This document shows positions 56,855 to 64,000 of a stretch of DNA of 64,000 nucleotides, in pieces. The position numbers and the translations under genes were made by a program. Origin of the DNA: Elusimicrobiota bacterium (GTDB taxonomy: Bacteria > Elusimicrobiota > Elusimicrobia > Elusimicrobiales > UBA9959); the NCBI GenBank assembly GCA_027340875.1, contig DAIENX010000007.1:64001-128000 (forward strand), in the 5' to 3' direction. How positions within the stretch are numbered: position 1 is the first letter of the stretch; each line of letters starts with the position of its first letter. The notes beneath the pieces are model-generated. The model was not told the origin of the DNA, did not search any database, and saw only the letters and a program-made list of their open reading frames with translations.

Positions 56855-59424
56855 CAGTCCACGGTTATGGATTTGCTGACGTTCTTGGGCGAGTCGGGGT
56901 GCACGCCGTGGTCCTGTATGCCGAGGCGGTCCAGGAAGTCCATCTTGCGCACGCTCATCTCCATCGCCAGCAGCTGCAGCGCCACCGACGACGTGAAGAA
57001 CACCAGCAGGTCGTCTCCGGTCCTGGGCAGCGCCACGTAGCCGTGGCGGTAGGTCTTGGAGTACATGGAAGGCACGCTCTTCTGCGCGGCCTCGCGCAGC
57101 AGCCTGTCCTCCTCGGCCAGCACGTAAATATTGGCGCCGCGTATCTTGTGCGTGTTTATCTGCGAGATGGTCAGGTTCACGTCGCGCGAGTTGGGACCGG
57201 TGACGAACACCAACGGGTAGTTCGTGTACATGCTCTCGAAGAAGTTGTGCTTTTTGAAGATATCGGAGAACAGCTCCGCCTCGGCCAGACTGAGGCCGGC
57301 CGGCTTGCGGTCGAAGAAGGCGTAGCCGGAAACGGCGTGGAAGACGCGGGACAGGCTTTCCGGAGCCAGGCTCTTGCCGCCGCGGCCCACGGCGTACTTT
57401 ATCATGTCGGCGAACTTGTCGGTCAGGGCGCCCACGCCCTCCATGCCGAAGATCGTGTTCACTCCGAGTATGGTATTGGGGCCGTGCTTGAACTCCGGGG
57501 ACTCGAAGCCCTCGGTGTGGTTGAGCACAACCTCGCGCACCTTGAGGGCGCCCTCTCGCGCTATGCCCTGCATGCCGGTGGCAAGAATATGCACGCTGGG
57601 CTCCAGATAGAGGTCCTGGGCGGCCTGCTGCACGGCGTCGCGCGTGTTGTTGATGGTCTCCTCTATCAGCTCCGGCACCCGGTAGAGGTTGTCGGCGTAC
57701 TTCCTCAGCCCGGACGAGCGCGCCATGTCCCGGTCCTCCGCGGCCAGCCTCTCGCCCAGCCGGAGGGCCAGTAGGTAGAGGATAAGCAGCTGGTTGACGA
57801 AACTCTTCGTAGCGGGCACGGCTATCTCCGGGCCGCAGTAAAGCGGGATGCAGACATCCGATTTCTCCAGCGCTATCGTGGAGTTGACGTTGTTCACTAT
57901 GTTCAGGAACGAGACCTTCCGGCCCGAGGCCTTCACCTGGTTGAGCACGTCTATCAGGTCCTTTGTCTCGCCGCTCTGGCTGATGCCGATGACGACGTCC
58001 CCGTCGCGCACGGAGCTAAGGCACTGCGCGCGGAAATCCCCCGGCAGGCAGGCCGTGACGGCCGTGCCCGCCATGCGGTTAAAGAAAACGGCAGCGCACC
58101 GGGCCGCGTTGTACGAGGTGCCACAGGCCACGAAATAGGCGGCGCGCCCTTTCCTCCGGCAGGAGGCGAGCCGCGCGCAGAACTCCCGTACCCGGGAGCG
58201 GATGTCCTCTATTTCGTCCACCATGAACAGGGCGTCAGCGAACTTTATCGATTGGCCGCATTCGGCGGAGCCGCACAGGGAGCGCAGCTCCACGAAGAAG
58301 TCCGCCATCGAGGACTCCGGCGCCATGGAGGCCAGCGGCAGGCGGCAGGCACGGGCATACTCGAGGGCTTTCTTCATAGACCGGCAGCCGAAGAAGGAAG
58401 CGGCCTCTTTCTTGAAGACAGCCGCGTCCGTGATGGCGGCCAGCCGCGTCACGCGGGACTTCAGGTCCTTAACGAAGGGCTTGTCCTTGCGGGCGGCCTG
58501 GCGGGCCAGATCGGTGAGCGGGGAGCGGTCGGCGAAATAGGCCAGGACCTTGGAGGCCGCGGCGGACTCGCTGAAGATCTCCTGCTCCATGAAATAACGG
58601 AACGGCTTCCGGAGGCCGGTCTCCTCGACGCGCAGGTGACTGCGCAGTTTTTCCTTCTTGATGGGCCGGCCGGTGCGCAGGCTGAAGAACTCCGCCTTCT
58701 GCGGCGTGTACAGCGCGAACTCGTCCTCCTTGATGGGGTAGAGCATCTTGGTCATCGACAGCACGCTCGCGAGGTCCGACGAGGCTATTGTGAACGGGCC
58801 GTGCGCGTCGTCCACGCCGGCGCCCATGTAGAGGCTGCTGCCGGCCTTTATGCAGGCCATCAGCTCGGTGACCGGGTCCACCACCACGGCGGCGAAGGAA
58901 CCCGTGGTCTTTTTGGCCGCGGCGAGTATCGCTTTCTTCAGCGCGTCGTGGCGGGCCTTCCTGTTCCTGTGGTCCTTGAGCCTTTTAAGCTCTATCGCGA
59001 AATAATGCTCCACGGTGTGCACCAGCATCTCGCCGTCGTTGTCGCTCTTCACGTCGTGGCCGGTGGAGACCAGCCATTCCTTCAGCTGGTCGCAGTTGGT
59101 GATGTTGCCGTTATGGGCGCCGTAGAGATGGGTGTGGCAGCGCGCGTCGTGCGGCTGGGCGTTCTCCTTCGTGACCACTCCGAACGTGGCCCAGCGCACC
59201 TGGCCGCAGAAGAGCTTTCCGGAGAGGCGGTCTATGCCCAGCTTCCTGGTTATTACACTGGGCGCGCCCACGTCCTTCTTGAGCGTGACGCGGCCGGCGG
59301 AATCCTGTATCAGCGCGCCGGTGGAGTCGTAGCCGCGGTACTCCAGCATCCGCAGCAGGCGCGAAGCCTCCACCCCGAGGTCTTCCCTGTCCTTAGCGCA
59401 AGTTAAGCCTATCACTCCGCACAT
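56854..59424 (-). CDS. glmS: Glutamine--fructose-6-phosphate aminotransferase, long variant (856 aa)
   Basis: MCGVIG, LEYRGYDS, RWAT, HNGNI, ACGTS, SQSGET, PATKS, KHGP, terminal KSITVD. Confidence 0.88.
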   Translation of the reverse strand: MCGVIGLTCAKDREDLGVEASRLLRMLEYRGYDSTGALIQDSAGRVTLKKDVGAPSVITRKLGIDRLSGKLFCGQVRWATFGVVTKENAQPHDARCHTHLYGAHNGNITNCDQLKEWLVSTGHDVKSDNDGEMLVHTVEHYFAIELKRLKDHRNRKARHDALKKAILAAAKKTTGSFAAVVVDPVTELMACIKAGSSLYMGAGVDDAHGPFTIASSDLASVLSMTKMLYPIKEDEFALYTPQKAEFFSLRTGRPIKKEKLRSHLRVEETGLRKPFRYFMEQEIFSESAAASKVLAYFADRSPLTDLARQAARKDKPFVKDLKSRVTRLAAITDAAVFKKEAASFFGCRSMKKALEYARACRLPLASMAPESSMADFFVELRSLCGSAECGQSIKFADALFMVDEIEDIRSRVREFCARLASCRRKGRAAYFVACGTSYNAARCAAVFFNRMAGTAVTACLPGDFRAQCLSSVRDGDVVIGISQSGETKDLIDVLNQVKASGRKVSFLNIVNNVNSTIALEKSDVCIPLYCGPEIAVPATKSFVNQLLILYLLALRLGERLAAEDRDMARSSGLRKYADNLYRVPELIEETINNTRDAVQQAAQDLYLEPSVHILATGMQGIAREGALKVREVVLNHTEGFESPEFKHGPNTILGVNTIFGMEGVGALTDKFADMIKYAVGRGGKSLAPESLSRVFHAVSGYAFFDRKPAGLSLAEAELFSDIFKKHNFFESMYTNYPLVFVTGPNSRDVNLTISQINTHKIRGANIYVLAEEDRLLREAAQKSVPSMYSKTYRHGYVALPRTGDDLLVFFTSSVALQLLAMEMSVRKMDFLDRLGIQDHGVHPDSPKNVSKSITVD

Positions 59425-59547
59425 GCAAGCACCTCGCCCTCAGATTGACGACAATAAATAATAGCATTATCCTCGCGCCAGGTGCCCCCGGGATAATTTG
59501 TTAATATCTTATTTAGTTCTTTCAGGGATCGCGTGGGCACACGCCAG

Positions 59548-59698
59548 CGGGCGACGCGGGGACCGGGTTAGCAAAACCTTCATGCGTGGAGCGAAGCGAC
59601 ACTTTCTTGCGCGAGGCTTGCACCGCGCCGAGCCCGAATGATGAGCGAGGCCACGGTGTGGCCGAACGCGTTTTGCGTTCCGGTCCACGTGGCGCCCC
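59548..59698 (+). repeat. Structured intergenic element, CACGGTGTG family (copy D)
   Basis: CGACGCGGGGA..GCAAAAC...GAGGCTTGC...ATGATGA-GCGAGGCCACGGTGTGGCCGAACGC-GTTTTGCGTTCCG; ends match copy B. Confidence 0.75.
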
Positions 59699-59765
59699 GG
59701 AGACAAACCCCGATTGCCCGCGTTAAACCCGGAAGCGCCGTCTTATTATTCTTACCGGAGGGAAC

Positions 59766-60638
59766 ATGAAGAGACTTCTTTTCGTAGTTATCGCCTGCGC
59801 GGCGTCCTCGGCCTCGGCGGCGGGCCCGCTGGTGCACGGTCACCGCGGCAGCCGCGGCACCGTGCCGGAGAACACTATACCGGCCTTCGAGGCCGCCCTG
59901 ATGGCCGGGGCCGACGTGCTGGAGATGGACATGAACGTCACCAAGGACGACGTCATCGTGATCTCCCACGAACCCAACGTCACTCCGGAGCGCTGCACGG
60001 GACCGGAAGGCGCGAAGCTGGAAAAGCCAGTGCCCATCCGCTCGCTAACGCTGGATGAGCTCAAGAAATACGACTGCGGCGCGCTGCAGAACCCCAGATT
60101 CCCGCGCCAGATACCGGTGCCAGGCACGCCCATGCCCACTTTGGACGAGGTCTTCTCTATGGTGGAGAAGTCCGGCTACGAGACCGCGCCGAAGGCCGAG
60201 TTCAACATAGAGACCAAGATCTTCCCCTGGGCCCCGGAGCTCTCCCCCGCCCCCGCCAAGTTCGCCGAGCTGGTGGTCAAGGAAGTCAGAAAGCACCGCA
60301 TGGAGAAGCGCGTGATAGTGCAGTCCTTCGACGTGCGCACGCTGCGCGAGATAAAGAAGCAGGCGCCGCAGATCCGGACCTCGCAGCTCACCGGCGAGGA
60401 CCTGCTAAACATCGTGCCGGCCCTGAAGGCCGACAGGACCGACATCTGGAGCCCGAACATGTCGTGGGTGACGGCCGAGGCCGTGAAGGAAGCTCACGCC
60501 GCAGGCATACTGGTGGCTCCGTGGACCGTGAACGATCCAAAGATATGGGACCTGGCCATCGCCGCGGGCGTGGACGCCATCATCACCGACTATCCCGCCG
60601 ACCTGGTGGACTACCTGCAGGCCAAGAAGCTGCGCTGA
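59766..60638 (+). CDS. Exported glycerophosphodiester phosphodiesterase
   Basis: GHRG....PENT, LEMD..VTKD...ISHE, NIETK, QSFD, WTVND, IITDYP. Confidence 0.92.
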   Translation: MKRLLFVVIACAASSASAAGPLVHGHRGSRGTVPENTIPAFEAALMAGADVLEMDMNVTKDDVIVISHEPNVTPERCTGPEGAKLEKPVPIRSLTLDELKKYDCGALQNPRFPRQIPVPGTPMPTLDEVFSMVEKSGYETAPKAEFNIETKIFPWAPELSPAPAKFAELVVKEVRKHRMEKRVIVQSFDVRTLREIKKQAPQIRTSQLTGEDLLNIVPALKADRTDIWSPNMSWVTAEAVKEAHAAGILVAPWTVNDPKIWDLAIAAGVDAIITDYPADLVDYLQAKKLR

Positions 60639-60663
60639 CCCTGAGAAGGCAGGATTTTTTTGG

Positions 60664-60704
60664 AAAAAACAAGAACCGCGCTTTAGGCGCGGTTCTTGTT
60701 TTTT
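60664..60704. terminator. Bidirectional terminator
   Basis: AAAAAACAAGAACCGCGC-tttag-GCGCGGTTCTTGTTTTTT. Confidence 0.88.
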
Positions 60705-60714
60705 AAGACGACGG

Positions 60715-61305
60715 TCAGGGCCGGCCTTTGAAACTTCTGGCAACTTTTTCGAAGACCTTCAGGTTCGGGGCGAACTCTTCCCTGGGGGCGCTGAAACGTA
60801 CGACGTAGAAACCGGACTTGGCCGGCAGGACGTAGATCTTCTCCTTCAGGGCCACGCTCTCGTCGGACTTGCTCTCGGGGTGCAGGAACTCGAGCGTCTC
60901 GCTGGACAGCTCGAAGCCCTTCCTGTCGTTCAGCCGGATGTTCTTTACCGGCGCGTAATTCTCCCTGCTGGTTTTTGTCTCTCCCGCAACATTGCGTGAA
61001 TTACGCTTTATGTAGTCCCTGTAATCGTTAAAATCCTCGTTGTCCTTGGAATAATAAGAAATGAATATCGCGATCGGAGCTTTAGCGGATTTAGGCGCAA
61101 CCAATTCTATCTCGTATATCTTATACTCCTCGTCCTGGTCCTTGTCCCGTTTCAGCTCCCAGCTCTCCGGCACCAGGCAGGAGAAATGTCCGCCCTCCAT
61201 GGAATAGGGCTTGTACTGCTCCGCGCGGGCCTTCGGCTGCGCCCCGGCCAAGGACGGAGAGGCCATGAAGGCAAGGAGGCTCAGGTTCAGCAAGGCGTTC
61301 TTCAT
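60715..61305 (-). CDS. Hypothetical exported protein (possibly PsbP/Mog1-like fold)
   Basis: Signal peptide, FSCLVPESW and FEKVARSFK pattern. Confidence 0.55.
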   Translation of the reverse strand: MKNALLNLSLLAFMASPSLAGAQPKARAEQYKPYSMEGGHFSCLVPESWELKRDKDQDEEYKIYEIELVAPKSAKAPIAIFISYYSKDNEDFNDYRDYIKRNSRNVAGETKTSRENYAPVKNIRLNDRKGFELSSETLEFLHPESKSDESVALKEKIYVLPAKSGFYVVRFSAPREEFAPNLKVFEKVARSFKGRP

Positions 61306-63044
61306 ATGGTCAATGGCGGCACGGCCGCGCCGGCCGAGGCTGTGCCGCGCTCCAGCGCTTTCAGGCTTTTGCGGCCCTGCCTGTCCGAGGCGGCGTAACG
61401 GCTCCTGTACGTACCCAGGTTGGACAGGTCCCCCTGTATTTTAACAAGTACCGGCGTCTGTATCTCTTTTACCGAGTAGGCCAGCTCCTCCGGGGACATC
61501 TCCAGCGTCTCGGAAAGGCTTAGGCCTCCTGAGTCCAGGGCGGATTTTTCAGCCGCGGGCATGGTCTCGCGGCGCTCCAACTCCGAGGTTACAGCGCCCA
61601 GAACATGGGCGGCCGCGGTGGACAGCGATGGCAGCCCGGCGGAATATAATTGTCGCACTGTAATCGCGAATCCTTTGGAACCCCGCTTCTGGTACTGCGT
61701 GCCGACATCCATCTTTTTGGCGGCATACGAAGAAAATTCCCTGCTGGAGGTAAGAATATCCTTGAATTTCCGGTCTTTCTGCATTTTCTCCGTCGTATAC
61801 AGCCCCTCCAGCGACATGGCCTCTATCTCATTCTCCTGCACCTGCGGCAGGTATATGCCACGTGAGACGGCCCAGTCGGCCTGCATCTTGTGGGCGGACT
61901 CGTAGACCACGGCCGGGGACATGTACTTGGCTATCTCCGCCACCTGCTCCGGACTGCGCATCAGCGAGTCCGCCGTGTAGCCCTTCACCCGCATGTACTG
62001 CTGTATGGTCTCCGAGTCCAGCACTATGCCGCCGGTGGAGGCGTCGTAGCGGGAATAGGCCCCCTGCACGGGGGCCACGGTTATCTTCAGCCCGCCGGGG
62101 AAGGCGGAAAGCGCGCGGGCTCCGGCCTGCGTGCCGGAGAGCTCTTTCGTCACCGCGGTATTGAGCATGCCGCCCAAGAGCTGGCGCTGCTGGTAAGGCA
62201 GCACCTCGCCCGGCAGCGAGGAACGCGCGGAGTTTATCTTGTTCTTCAGGTCCTGGCTCACGGCGATATCGCTGTTGTCGAACATGTTGCCCAACAGGTA
62301 GAGCTGGTCGTCGAAGGACTTGCCAGAGAGCTGGCTCAGTTGCGCCGGAGACAGGGCCCCGGAGTTCTTCACCTGGATCAGCGCCGCCGCCACCGCCACG
62401 CGGTCCTTCTCGGCCGCAAGGCGCTCGTCGTTGTAGATCAGGAAGGACGGGTCGCGCGCTATCAGCTTCTCTATCACCGCGTTGCGCTCGCGCAGCACCA
62501 TGCCTTCCCAGTTGGCCTTTGTTATGTTCTGCCAGCCGGCCTGGCCCCATTTCATCGTGCGGGTGTCGGTCATCGTGCCGAAGACGACCTCCCACTGCCT
62601 TATGGCCTTCCTCACGGCGGCCTTTTTGGCGGCCGGGTACCTGGGCGCGTACCGGACCAGCCAGGAGAGCAGCTTCTCCGGCTCCGGCCCCACGCCGAGC
62701 AGCGAAAGCGGCTTCTCCACGTCAATGCGGATGGCGAGAGATTTGTTGAGCTGGTTGACCTTGGCGTCGTCCCAGTCCATGTTCAGCAGGTCCTTGAGGT
62801 CCTTGAGCGCCTCGGCCTTGCCCAGCAGCTCCGCGCTCTTGCGCGGGTCGGCCTGGGCCAGCTCGCGGGCCTCGCCGTCCCTCAGGTAAGCGGCCGCGGC
62901 GGCGGGATTGGCGCTGGCTATGGCCAGCTCGTAGGCGGCCAGCCTGTCGGCGGGGTCGCCCTCGGCGGCTCCGGCCCGCAGGCCGCAAACCAGCAGGACC
63001 GCGGCTGTGGCGGTTATGCGGGCGGTCCTGGCGGCGGCGCTCAT
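61302..63044 (-). CDS. Hypothetical exported helical protein
   Basis: Signal-like N-terminus; long ORF coupled to both neighbours. Confidence 0.65.
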   Translation of the reverse strand: MSAAARTARITATAAVLLVCGLRAGAAEGDPADRLAAYELAIASANPAAAAAYLRDGEARELAQADPRKSAELLGKAEALKDLKDLLNMDWDDAKVNQLNKSLAIRIDVEKPLSLLGVGPEPEKLLSWLVRYAPRYPAAKKAAVRKAIRQWEVVFGTMTDTRTMKWGQAGWQNITKANWEGMVLRERNAVIEKLIARDPSFLIYNDERLAAEKDRVAVAAALIQVKNSGALSPAQLSQLSGKSFDDQLYLLGNMFDNSDIAVSQDLKNKINSARSSLPGEVLPYQQRQLLGGMLNTAVTKELSGTQAGARALSAFPGGLKITVAPVQGAYSRYDASTGGIVLDSETIQQYMRVKGYTADSLMRSPEQVAEIAKYMSPAVVYESAHKMQADWAVSRGIYLPQVQENEIEAMSLEGLYTTEKMQKDRKFKDILTSSREFSSYAAKKMDVGTQYQKRGSKGFAITVRQLYSAGLPSLSTAAAHVLGAVTSELERRETMPAAEKSALDSGGLSLSETLEMSPEELAYSVKEIQTPVLVKIQGDLSNLGTYRSRYAASDRQGRKSLKALERGTASAGAAVPPLTI

Positions 63045-63045
63045 A

Positions 63046-64000
63046 TCACTTAAGCCTCTCCCTCATCATATCGAGCAGATAATCGTCCCAGAGCGAGTCG
63101 GCCGCGAAGGCCAGGCGCTCGTAATTGTCGGAGGCGTAACGCAGGTCCGGAATGTAGACGGCCAGGCCGTTGGCGGCCGTATAGGGATCGCCGTCCGGCG
63201 GCGGTCCGGCCGGCAGAGCCCCGGAGCGTATCAGCAGCGCGCCGGAAATATAGTTCCTCAGCGCCGCGCCCGCGACCCTGACCCGCCCGCCCGCCCTGGG
63301 AGAAGCGTCGACCTTGTCTATGTAATCCACGAGGTCCTTCGAGTCCTTGTTGGAAAAATGCGAAACGGAATCGGTCAGGGTTTTATCGGACGCCGCGGCC
63401 AGGGCCGCCGGGTCGGAACGGATGGCGGAAACCCAGTTGTCCAGCGCCTTTACGAAGGTTGGCAGGGCCGCCGTGCGTACGGCCGAGAGCGTGGCGTTAT
63501 CGCTGCAGCTGGCGATGTACTCGTCCACGATGAGAGCGCCCAGCCGCTCCGCGTTCATGGAGGGGTTCGCGGCAAGGCGCCGGAGTATGGGGGCGTAGGG
63601 ATAGCCGGCATCGGATATGGTCTCCTCGGAGCCCACCACTACGGACGCGGCGTTCCTTAACTCGTAGGCCACTTCGGCCATCTGCATGCGGCAGGCGTCG
63701 GTGGCGAAAACGTCTATCTTGCGGCCAGCGGCGCGGCTTATCTCCTCCATGGCGCGCCCCAGCGAATCGATCTCGATATGGTTCCTGCTGACGTCGTCGA
63801 AGGAGATCCCCTGGAGGCCCGCGCCGTGGTTCCAGACCACCACCGCCAGCTTCCTGGCCGGGTAGAGGCGCAGGCCGCGCCTGGCGAAGCGCACCAGGTT
63901 GGCCGCGCTGCCCATGTCGGAGTCGTTGGAGGAATAGATCACCGGCGAGGTTATCTCCTCAGGGTCCTCGTCGCGGGTTATGTAGAGGGTCTTGGTTCCG
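63046..64000 (-). CDS. Clostripain-related cysteine peptidase (C11), 5' end outside window
   Basis: DMGS...L..F, YPA, VWNHGAG, SFDD, DACRM..AEVAYEL, VGSEE. Confidence 0.85.
   Translation of the reverse strand, partial: GTKTLYITRDEDPEEITSPVIYSSNDSDMGSAANLVRFARRGLRLYPARKLAVVVWNHGAGLQGISFDDVSRNHIEIDSLGRAMEEISRAAGRKIDVFATDACRMQMAEVAYELRNAASVVVGSEETISDAGYPYAPILRRLAANPSMNAERLGALIVDEYIASCSDNATLSAVRTAALPTFVKALDNWVSAIRSDPAALAAASDKTLTDSVSHFSNKDSKDLVDYIDKVDASPRAGGRVRVAGAALRNYISGALLIRSGALPAGPPPDGDPYTAANGLAVYIPDLRYASDNYERLAFAADSLWDDYLLDMMRERLK

Noticed and set aside
57230..58540. Inteins in GlmS
   Set aside because: No C/S...HN-C/S/T splice junctions or LAGLIDADG motifs seen in the insertions.
59636..59670. 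Hammerhead ribozyme or C/D box suggested by ATGATGAG / CTGACAGAG
   Set aside because: The CUGANGA and GAAA core nucleotides are not conserved across the four copies.
59425..59765. glmS ribozyme upstream of glmS
   Set aside because: No AGCGCC...GACGAGG-type core on the minus strand; the structured segment here belongs to the CACGGTGTG family.

Overview
This GC-rich bacterial window has no rRNA, CRISPR array, integrase or transposase that I can recognise. The gene style (diderm envelope genes, frequent ATA-Ile codons despite high GC) suggests an Elusimicrobiota-like genome, but that is inference only. It holds about 70 CDS and one tRNA-Val(CAC). Housekeeping genes include a short rel, rlmN, dapB, rsmI, glyA, clpB with a CIRCE element, mtnP, cdd, accC, tcdA, tatD and an extra-long glmS. 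Accessory modules: (i) a sulfur module of two BigR/SqrR-type ArsR repressors with matching operators, a FadL-type porin, an octaheme Otr cytochrome, cytochrome b and two YeeE proteins; (ii) an ECF sigma/anti-sigma unit with a duplicated promoter driving exported proteins built from an unnamed ~107-aa repeat; (iii) a Rieske-glutaredoxin-FTR-Rieske operon; (iv) a probable Spt + ceramide synthase pair; (v) a c-di-GMP/CheY-CheC cluster. The most unusual signal is non-coding: four dispersed, diverged, covarying copies of a ~135-195-nt hairpin-rich element sharing a CACGGTGTG core. Two of them flank, in inverted orientation, a low-GC lipoprotein cassette inside an ABC operon. A stylistically related structured insert interrupts the T-loop of a duplicated tRNA 3' end. 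All product calls come from motif recognition by eye; no database search was run.
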